Positions 31,233-38,739 of a stretch of DNA of 64,000 nucleotides are shown piece after piece (the stretch's first letter is position 1; the number at the start of each line of letters is the position of its first letter). The stretch comes from an uncultured Lachnospiraceae bacterium. GTDB taxonomy: Bacteria; Bacillota; Clostridia; Lachnospirales; Lachnospiraceae. The stretch spans positions 5,963 to 69,962 of the forward strand of contig CANQPM010000016.1 of assembly GCA_947625775.1 (NCBI GenBank), written 5' to 3'. A program made the position numbers and the translations under genes. The notes under the pieces are model-generated. The model saw nothing but the letters and a program-made list of their open reading frames with translations, did no database searches and was not told the origin of the DNA.

Positions 31233-32297
31233 TTACATCTTTTCTGATATATATTCCTCTGAAACATCATAATTTTGGGCAATCAGGCGGACTATTCTGT
31301 CGTCTGGCATTCCTATGCTCCGCAGCATGTCTATGCTGTGTTTTATGTCATTTTCGCGGGCTTTATCATAGCCTTCGCTTATACCGCGTTCAAAGCCTTC
31401 ACTTATGCCGCGTTTATGTCCCTGCTCAAAGCCCTCACTCACGCCGTATTTGTGTCCGCGCTCAAAGCCTTCATTTATGCCGCGTTTATGTCCGCGCTCA
31501 AAGCCTTCACTCACGCCACTTTTATGTCCATCCTCGTAGCCTTCATTATATACAGTCTTTTTATGCAATTTTTCATCAAATTCGGTAAGCAGCATATTCG
31601 TCACCTCACTCTTGCATTTGACTAAAATATCTGCCAAAATATCATCTTTTATACAGTCGTCAATTGCTTTGCCTATCGCATCCTGCATAGTGTATTTGCT
31701 TTCGATATATTCATTTACTTTCGCTATGAAGTATGAATAATCATGCAGCCGTCGGCAACTGTTAAGCAGTGCGTTGTTATGACCGTAATTGATATTAAGC
31801 ATTGTCGCCCTGCATTCAAGCACAGGCTCGGCAGACAGCTTCGGGGTAAACGCATCCGACAGCCGTAAAATCATCTCATCAGGGTATTCATCCCTGCCAT
31901 TATAAAATATGATGAACTGTGGCGTCGGTAGCTTGACAAGACTTCTGCCGTATATGTCAAGATTATGCTGTTTGATATATCCCTCATACAGTCTTGAAAA
32001 ATACATCAACCCGCGAACCGGCATATTTGGGTTGAAAGTTGACTGATGCTCGTACAGGTTAAGCGTTGACGAGATTATGAATGACATATCATTTTTCATT
32101 GACATATATATGACATCCTCAAGCGTCGTGATTTCAAGCTCGTCCGGGTTTGTATAGCTTGTGTGGTTTACCGCGTTGTACAGGTCAAGCAAGTCCCTTT
32201 TGTCTGCGAATACCCTCTGAAACAGCCTGTCCTTGTGTTTTTTGACTATAGGCAGATGCCTGAATATTTTGGTGATATTAAGTTTTTCTGTTTTCAT
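31233..32297 (-). CDS. Rpn-family recombination-promoting nuclease / PD-(D/E)XK putative transposase, paralog 1
   Basis: YhgA/Rpn-like N-terminal nuclease core (DRLFQRVF, DVIYMSMKNDMSFII, LNLYEHQST, MPVRGLMYF). The C-terminus has 12-aa EGFERGHKRGIS-type repeats. Confidence 0.75.
   Translation of the reverse strand: MKTEKLNITKIFRHLPIVKKHKDRLFQRVFADKRDLLDLYNAVNHTSYTNPDELEITTLEDVIYMSMKNDMSFIISSTLNLYEHQSTFNPNMPVRGLMYFSRLYEGYIKQHNLDIYGRSLVKLPTPQFIIFYNGRDEYPDEMILRLSDAFTPKLSAEPVLECRATMLNINYGHNNALLNSCRRLHDYSYFIAKVNEYIESKYTMQDAIGKAIDDCIKDDILADILVKCKSEVTNMLLTEFDEKLHKKTVYNEGYEDGHKSGVSEGFERGHKRGINEGFERGHKYGVSEGFEQGHKRGISEGFERGISEGYDKARENDIKHSIDMLRSIGMPDDRIVRLIAQNYDVSEEYISEKM
31349..31555 (-). repeat. 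in-frame 36-bp tandem repeat (12-aa EGFERGHKRGIx units) inside Rpn paralog 1
   Basis: Units at 31385-31420, 31421-31456, 31457-31492 and 31493-31528 plus partial flanking units. There are fewer units in paralog 2 (about 32821-32920) and in the truncated paralog 3. Confidence 0.85.
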
Positions 32298-32684
32298 ATT
32301 TTCTCCCTTTTAGTATAGTATAATTCGGATTTTTTGTAAAATGGAAATCAACTGAAAATTAAAGAAGTTTTTGAACACAAAGAACTTTTTAGGATAAATT
32401 GAGTTGTTTCATTTGTATGTAATATAGCATTAAAAACTATGCTTGGCAAGCGTTTAAGCGAAAATAACGGTTGAAATGTAAAAATTAATACAAATTCTGT
32501 TGAAATTAGAAAAAATTAGATATTAAGAATGTGAATAAGGATTTTTTCGATGCTAATATTGAAAGTAGCTGTCGCACTAAAGAATACAATCACAAGATAT
32601 AGCATCTTTTGATTTAAATAAAATGTCATATCTTGTATGTTTAATCTTTATTGCGACAGTTCTGAGTTCATTCTTGAAGAATTT

Positions 32685-33671
32685 TTATAAGTCCCTGAGT
32701 GTGCTCATTTTTTGCATTATATATTCTTTTGATATATTATAGTTTTCGGCAATCAAGCAGATTATTCTGTCGTCAGATATTCCCATGCTCCGCAGCATAT
32801 CTATACTATGTTTTATGTCATTTTCGCGGGCTTTATTAAAGCCTTCATTTATGCCGCGTTTATGTCCGCGCTCAAAGCCTTCACTCACGCCACTTTTATG
32901 TCCATCCTCGTAGCCTTCATTATATACAGTCTTTTTATGCAATTTTTCATCAAATTCGGTAAGCAGCATATTCGTCACCTCACTCTTGCATTTGACTAAA
33001 ATATCTGCCAAAATATCATCTTTTATACAGTCGTCAATTGCTTTGCCTATCGCATCCTGCATAGTGTATTTGCTGTCGATATATTCATTTACTTTCGCTA
33101 TGAAGTAGGAATAATCATGCAGCCGTCGGCAACTGTTAAGTAGTGCGTTGTTATGCCCGTAATTGATATTAAGCATTGTTGCCCTACATTCAAGCACAGG
33201 CTCGGCGGACAGCTTCGGGGTAAATGCATCTGACAGCCGTAAAATCAGCTCATCAGGGTATTCATCCCTGCCATTATAAAATATGATGAACTGTGGCGTT
33301 GGTAGCTTGACAAGGCTTCGAGCGTATATGTCGAGACCATTTTGTTTGATATATCCCTCGTACAGCCTTGAAAAATACATCAGCCCGCGGACTGGCATAT
33401 TTGGGTTGAAAGTTGACTGATGCTCATACAAGTTTAGCGTTGATGAGATTATGAAAGACATATCATTTTTCATCGACATATATATGACATCTTCAAGAGT
33501 CGTGATTTCAAGCTCGTCAGGATTTGTATAGCTTGTGTGGTTTATCGCATTGTAAAGGTCAAGCAAATCCCTCTTGTCCGCGAATACCCTCCGAAACAGC
33601 CGATCCTTGTGTTTCCTGGCTATCGGCAGACGCCTGAATATTTTGGTGATATTAAGTTTTTCTGTTTTCAT
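32685..33671 (-). CDS. Rpn-family recombination-promoting nuclease / PD-(D/E)XK putative transposase, paralog 2
   Basis: Near-identical to paralog 1 over most of its length. About 200 nt of upstream non-coding sequence is also duplicated (32298-32497 vs 33672-33883). Confidence 0.75.
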   Translation of the reverse strand: MKTEKLNITKIFRRLPIARKHKDRLFRRVFADKRDLLDLYNAINHTSYTNPDELEITTLEDVIYMSMKNDMSFIISSTLNLYEHQSTFNPNMPVRGLMYFSRLYEGYIKQNGLDIYARSLVKLPTPQFIIFYNGRDEYPDELILRLSDAFTPKLSAEPVLECRATMLNINYGHNNALLNSCRRLHDYSYFIAKVNEYIDSKYTMQDAIGKAIDDCIKDDILADILVKCKSEVTNMLLTEFDEKLHKKTVYNEGYEDGHKSGVSEGFERGHKRGINEGFNKARENDIKHSIDMLRSMGISDDRIICLIAENYNISKEYIMQKMSTLRDL

Positions 33672-34168
33672 ATTTTCTCCCTTTTAGTATAGTATAATTC
33701 GGATTTTTTGTAAAATGGAAATCAACTGAAAATTAAAGAACTTTTTAACTGTTTAAGCACAAAGAACTTTTGATGATAAATTGATTTGTTTCATTTGTAT
33801 GTAATATAGCATTTGAAACTGCGCTTGGCAAGAGTCTAAGTGAAAATAGCGGTTGAAATGTAAAAATTAATACAAACAGTATAAGAAATTAAAGCATATA
33901 AAAATAAGGCAAAGCAGCATAAATACTTCGGACGAATTGCAAGTGAAGAATTGTATTTTGCAAAAATTTTTAGTGGCAGTTGATTTGGCTGAATAAACGG
34001 ATATACTGAAATCAAAGAAAAGAAATGGGGGCAAGAAAAAAGTTATGTAGATGACATACGCACGCTGTATGGAGAAGGGCTAAAAAAGTTATCTTGTATG
34101 GTTCTTATGCGCGGGGAGATTTTGGATGATACAGGCGGGGCTAAGAATGCAAGTGGTATAAAGAAAAA

Positions 34169-34202
34169 AGCAGCGCAAGGCATTCACGGTGCGCTGCTTT
34201 TA
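34169..34202. terminator. bidirectional terminator hairpin downstream of the GTPase operon and Rpn remnant
   Basis: AGCAGCGCA/TGCGCTGCT stem flanked by AAAAAA (5') and TTTT (3'). Confidence 0.5.
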
Positions 34203-34265
34203 ATTGAGTGTCCAAAAAATTACAATTTCTCAAGAGTCTGTTTTTGAGCCGATATTGAAGAATTT

Positions 34266-34571
34266 TTATAAGTCCTTGAGTGTGATTAATTTTTGCATTA
34301 TATATTCTTCTGATATATTATAGTTTTCGGCAATCAGGCAGACTATTCTGGCATCAGATATTCCCATGCTCCGCAACATATCTATGCTGTGAATGATATA
34401 ATCTTCACGGACTTTATCAAAGCCCTCACATACGCCATTTTTATGTCCATCCTCGTAGCCTTCATTATACACAGTCTTTTTGTGCAGTTTTTCATCAAAT
34501 TCAGTAAGCAGCATATTTGTCACCTCACTTTGCATTTGACTAAAATATCCGCCAAACCGTCATCCTTTATA
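34266..34571 (-). pseudogene. truncated Rpn-family nuclease paralog 3 (C-terminal remnant only)
   Basis: Homologous to the 3' third of paralogs 1/2, including the repeat region. It carries a 1-nt deletion relative to them, and homology stops abruptly at 34571. Confidence 0.7.
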
Positions 34572-37391
34572 TAATTCATTTTTATATTTCTCTTGTTCTC
34601 TATATAAATTAATTGCATCCATAAAATCCTCAATGGACAGATTTCTTAATTCACATACAGCATTTAAAAAAGCGCATGGTAAAATATCATATTCTTCTTT
34701 TGAAACTATTGATTTTATTTCTTCATATTCTGTCAAACCACATTGTTTTACTATGTCTGTATTGTATATCATGTTTTCTTTACAATCAAACATATTAACT
34801 GTCATGTTTGTCGGAGGCATAGTCAGAATTTCTTCAGCAAAAACATTAAGATGATATCGGCTTATCGGCATATAATATTTGGTATTATGTCGTACGATAT
34901 CATAATTAATCAGCAGCTTAGAACACACTTTTCCGTTTCTGACACAAGCAAAATTATGACCAATATATTTATTTACATTGTCTTTATCTATCCACACATA
35001 ATGATTTTCATCTACATCAAAAAGAGCGTGTGACTTTACAATGGATAGCATTTTATGGTCATTAAATATTAAATTAATAATATCAAACTCCTTTTCGCCA
35101 GAGTTCTCATGAACATTTGCAATAACCTTCTCACTACGCAAAGTGCCGATATAATGGTCAAAGACCATAACATAATCATTGACCTTTATCTTTTCAACCT
35201 CACAATATGAACCATCCGCCATAAGAATTCTTGTATTTGGAGCAAAACAGCCATCATTAACCGTCTTAGAGTCCTTATATGTTGATGTAGAACGATAACT
35301 CTTATTTTCTTTATAATAATTATCTTTTTCATAACGAGATTTTTCTCTTTGACAAGCTGCTAATCTTTCTTCTACTATTGGTGACGATTGCTTTTCAAGT
35401 GAACGTTGATAATTCTTTATCGCTTTGTCTAAATCAATCGCTACACCCATGCCAAATTCATACATATTTCCTTTGCAATATAAAGCAAGAGCACTTTTGG
35501 AATTTGATAACAAACTCATCGCCCCCGACAAATCTTCATTTAAATTAAACAAAACAATGCCTAATATCTCGCTGTAATGATTTGCATTATACATTTCGCT
35601 AATAAGATAACGGCATAGTTGACATATTACATGTCCATTTTCTATCATTTTTTCATTTGCAGGAATTTGAGAAAATGAAGAAAATCTCGATTCAAACACA
35701 ACATCAACAATTTTTCCTATTGCAGGCGCATATTGATTTGCCGCCGCAATTTTATAATACGTGAATTCACGATCTGAAAGATCTGCCAAACGCCTGCGAT
35801 TTTTACATTTTTTTATGTCTTCCTCTGCCAAAATCATACATGCCTCAGGGACTAGAGAATTTGCTAATGTTTTTAAGTTAACGCCTCTCCAACCGCGCTT
35901 ATACATATCAACTAATTTATCGCCTGCAAGCGCATAACCTTTGTTTAAGCTTTCTTGAAGAACGTGTTGTCTCTCATCTTCTGATAATGTTAATGCCTTT
36001 GCATACAATTCTTTTCCAGTATAGCAATAATCCCCCAATGCCTCTACATAGAGTTTTAATTTCGTATCTTCTATTTCATCTGGTTCATTTATAGCAATTA
36101 ACATTTTTGCCTTTTCCCATTCGCTTATGTCTATATCAATAGCATCAAATTTTGTACGTACGCCTTTGCCTTTTGTTGACTGTACATACGCATTTATAAG
36201 ATCGTAATTATCGTATCCATATGAATACAATTTCGAAAGAATCTTCTTTCCTGTTCCTTTTGTAAAAGACCTACACCGAAACATAGATAAAAACATATTA
36301 TCAAAAATCTTTCTTGATACTTTTTTCCCTGTAGTAAACGTATCTTTCAGATCGTTACAAATCTGTGTTATCAATTTTTCTATATATTTTAATTGGGTTG
36401 ACAGATTCTCCTTTTCTTTTTCAAGGTTATTTTCTCTCTTCTTTTCATATTCTCGTATTGTCTGTAATGTATTGTCGTTACTGTCACCAATGCGAACTAT
36501 ATCACCCACAACCTCTTGTAAAGCAGCCTTAGATTGCTTAAGCTGCGTTTCATAAAATTCCATAATTTGTGTTTTGATTGAAACATATTCTTCCCCAAAC
36601 CCATACAAAATAGGCCGGACATTTTTCTTCACAAAGTTTTCTATATCATTAAATACTACTCTATCAAACTTTTGCAATCGTGAATCATTAAGCGTATCCG
36701 TAAAAAGTTTCTCGCTTAATAATAGAGAATCTCCTTTTCCTATTTTTCTTCTTTCGATAGTATCTAGTCCTTCTTCATCAATATACACTAGTTTTGCGGA
36801 TAACACTCTAGAAAATAATTGCTCAGCATTCGAATATACATTGTCTGCAATAATGCAAAGAGATGAATCTTTCAGTTTAGAATGAACAATTACAAATTGA
36901 ACCACTTTATTCAACGCAATTTTTCTTTTTCCACTCTCGATAATCAAAAATTTAAATTCATTAAAACTTAAGGGTATTCTTATATTTGCATAATTTATTA
37001 TCTCAATCGAATCAGTGCCATCAGTGTCAAAAATTATAAAGGGAATTTGCGTATATAATTTCTTAAACGACGAAATATACTCCTTATTTTCCATAAGAGA
37101 GCTGCATGCCTCAAATACTCTTGTAGTTATATGACAAGAAACACAAAGGCATTGTTTCCCGACTATTTCACTACACAAGTACAATGGTTCCATTGCGTTT
37201 AGCATATCTTCCGTCTTCTGAATAATATCCGAAGCATTCGGATACATAGAATGCTGAAGACTGCTGTTCAGTTCGGAATGAATTAGGGAATATAATTTAT
37301 TGTAATTATCTCTATTTTCACTTTCTCCAGGTAAGCTCTTGTTGCGCATAACTTTAGCAAGAATAGATAAATATTTAGATGCTTCTGTCAT
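34560..37391 (-). CDS. 943-aa protein: P-loop-less N-terminal region, coiled coil, Sel1/TPR-like repeats, C-terminal Hint autoprocessing domain (operon gene D)
   Basis: Sel1-like repeats (KGYALAGDKLVDMYKRG, YYKIAAANQYAPAIGK, ALALYCKGNMYEFGMGVAIDLDKAIKNYQRS). Hint blocks: DG|CFAPNTRILMADGSYCEVEKIKVNDYVMVFD, KSHALF, YYMPISRYHLNVFAEEILT. Confidence 0.7.
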   Translation of the reverse strand: MTEASKYLSILAKVMRNKSLPGESENRDNYNKLYSLIHSELNSSLQHSMYPNASDIIQKTEDMLNAMEPLYLCSEIVGKQCLCVSCHITTRVFEACSSLMENKEYISSFKKLYTQIPFIIFDTDGTDSIEIINYANIRIPLSFNEFKFLIIESGKRKIALNKVVQFVIVHSKLKDSSLCIIADNVYSNAEQLFSRVLSAKLVYIDEEGLDTIERRKIGKGDSLLLSEKLFTDTLNDSRLQKFDRVVFNDIENFVKKNVRPILYGFGEEYVSIKTQIMEFYETQLKQSKAALQEVVGDIVRIGDSNDNTLQTIREYEKKRENNLEKEKENLSTQLKYIEKLITQICNDLKDTFTTGKKVSRKIFDNMFLSMFRCRSFTKGTGKKILSKLYSYGYDNYDLINAYVQSTKGKGVRTKFDAIDIDISEWEKAKMLIAINEPDEIEDTKLKLYVEALGDYCYTGKELYAKALTLSEDERQHVLQESLNKGYALAGDKLVDMYKRGWRGVNLKTLANSLVPEACMILAEEDIKKCKNRRRLADLSDREFTYYKIAAANQYAPAIGKIVDVVFESRFSSFSQIPANEKMIENGHVICQLCRYLISEMYNANHYSEILGIVLFNLNEDLSGAMSLLSNSKSALALYCKGNMYEFGMGVAIDLDKAIKNYQRSLEKQSSPIVEERLAACQREKSRYEKDNYYKENKSYRSTSTYKDSKTVNDGCFAPNTRILMADGSYCEVEKIKVNDYVMVFDHYIGTLRSEKVIANVHENSGEKEFDIINLIFNDHKMLSIVKSHALFDVDENHYVWIDKDNVNKYIGHNFACVRNGKVCSKLLINYDIVRHNTKYYMPISRYHLNVFAEEILTMPPTNMTVNMFDCKENMIYNTDIVKQCGLTEYEEIKSIVSKEEYDILPCAFLNAVCELRNLSIEDFMDAINLYREQEKYKNELYKG

Positions 37392-37396
37392 AATGT

Positions 37397-38662
37397 TTAT
37401 ACCTCTTCTCCAAAGAATTCCTTAATATCTTGATTAATATTTCTGATAATCGAGTCATATTGCTTTAATAAATTGTTTAAAATATAACTATCTTGATTTG
37501 CTTTCCCCCATAACTTAGTCAATGATCTTATGTCCATTATTTGATTGGATTTAGAAATATAAGTAAATAATTTTTGTGCAGTATCTTGAGATTGCTTTAT
37601 TGCAAGTTTAATTGCCTCGCTCATTTCATTTTCTACATTTCTAAATTCTGAAATAATATCATTTTGCCTAACATTACCACTAATTGCGTGATTAAAAAAT
37701 TTGCAGATTTCATTGGCGCCATATTCTTTTTTCTCGTTCGCTGAATAAGCTGTTATCCCAAAGCAAGCGATTCCTGTTTTACTTATTGTTTCTCTTGCAA
37801 TATTTATTATTTTTGAAATTTCCTTTTGTGGTTTCAAATCTGCTTTCGTGAATACTATTAAAATTGGCGTCTTTATTCTTAAAGATTTAATAAATTGTAT
37901 GTCATCTTCTGTTATTGCGCCTGAATCTATATCAATTAACCAAACCAAATAGTCCGATATGCTTAATTGTTCAAATGCTTTCTCTCTATCTGAAATCACT
38001 TTTTTAGAATTATTATCTTCATCATATTTTGTATATCCGGGTGTATCGAGTAATGCGATTTCTTCTGGCAATGAATATTCATTTGATTCAATAATAATAC
38101 TATCTACAAATGCAGGGAATCCAATACCATATACTGTATCAAATTCATGAGCCATTGCGTTTAAGGCTTCTGTACTTATTTCTGTCGAATATCCATAAAC
38201 ACTATTTGCGTAAATCCTTTCTTCGTCTGATTTAATAATGTATGTCGGAATAGCTGTTGTAGTTTTCTGACCTACAGGAAGCTTATCTCCAATTCCGGAA
38301 ATTGTATTAATAAATTTTGATTTTCCCGCACTAACGCTGCCCCCAAAGCTTATAACAACTTTATCATGTAGCTTTTGAATTTTTTTTTGCTCTGATAACC
38401 TCGAACATAAATCCAAAAATTTTTCATAAATTAACATCTCATTTTTTATAGTTACTTCTGAAAATAACGAAAACAAATAGTTGATTTTTTTTTCAATTCT
38501 TCTTCCAAAATATGTAGATGAATCTGATTTATTCTTTATAAGCTCTGAAATCAATTCTATCGCCTTATCTTCATTGGCAATATACATATTTTCATCTGGT
38601 ATTTCTACTTCACTAAACAAATCATCCAAATTTATTTCATCATCTTTCACGTCAAATGACAT
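37397..38662 (-). CDS. dynamin-like/TRAFAC GTPase, 421 aa (operon gene C)
   Basis: G1 GGSVSAGKSKFIN, G3 LLDTPGYTKY, G4 FTKADL, helical C-terminal half; GAGGTGAAGG RBS. Confidence 0.75.
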   Translation of the reverse strand: MSFDVKDDEINLDDLFSEVEIPDENMYIANEDKAIELISELIKNKSDSSTYFGRRIEKKINYLFSLFSEVTIKNEMLIYEKFLDLCSRLSEQKKIQKLHDKVVISFGGSVSAGKSKFINTISGIGDKLPVGQKTTTAIPTYIIKSDEERIYANSVYGYSTEISTEALNAMAHEFDTVYGIGFPAFVDSIIIESNEYSLPEEIALLDTPGYTKYDEDNNSKKVISDREKAFEQLSISDYLVWLIDIDSGAITEDDIQFIKSLRIKTPILIVFTKADLKPQKEISKIINIARETISKTGIACFGITAYSANEKKEYGANEICKFFNHAISGNVRQNDIISEFRNVENEMSEAIKLAIKQSQDTAQKLFTYISKSNQIMDIRSLTKLWGKANQDSYILNNLLKQYDSIIRNINQDIKEFFGEEV

Positions 38663-38688
38663 TAACCTTCACCTCTCATAAAAATAAT

Positions 38689-38720
38689 GGCGTCTACCTG
38701 TTCCAATCCAGATAGACGCC
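38689..38720 (-). promoter_or_regulatory. intra-operon hairpin with U-rich tail between GTPase genes B and C
   Basis: Stem GGCGTCTA/TAGACGCC. On the coding (minus) strand it is followed by AUUAUUUUUAU immediately before the RBS of gene C. Confidence 0.4.
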
Positions 38721-38739
38721 TAATTTAATGCTGCAGGAA

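Noticed and set aside
31349-31555. A regular 36-bp periodic repeat that could superficially look like a CRISPR array.
   Set aside because: The units are directly contiguous with no spacers. They lie in frame inside the Rpn ORF and encode a 12-aa peptide repeat. No cas genes are present.
31226-31625. + strand ORFs (31226-31588, 31275-31625, 32808-32999, 34389-34574) opposite the Rpn repeat regions.
   Set aside because: They are antisense to the repeat-bearing Rpn C-termini. Their periodic translations are a by-product of the 36-bp repeat.
33886-34265. An open frame without a long ORF call (translation ...KSYVDDIRTLYGEGLKK...MVLMRGEILDDTGG...) between Rpn paralog 2 and remnant 3.
   Set aside because: It is only ~49 codons from the first start codon, has no RBS, and runs through the terminator hairpin at 34169-34202. 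It is probably a decayed gene fragment.
34821-35249. The Hint region of gene D could be a true (splicing) intein.
   Set aside because: It lacks the terminal His-Asn plus a +1 nucleophile. It is not embedded in a conserved host protein, and the downstream 86 aa do not continue any recognisable extein.
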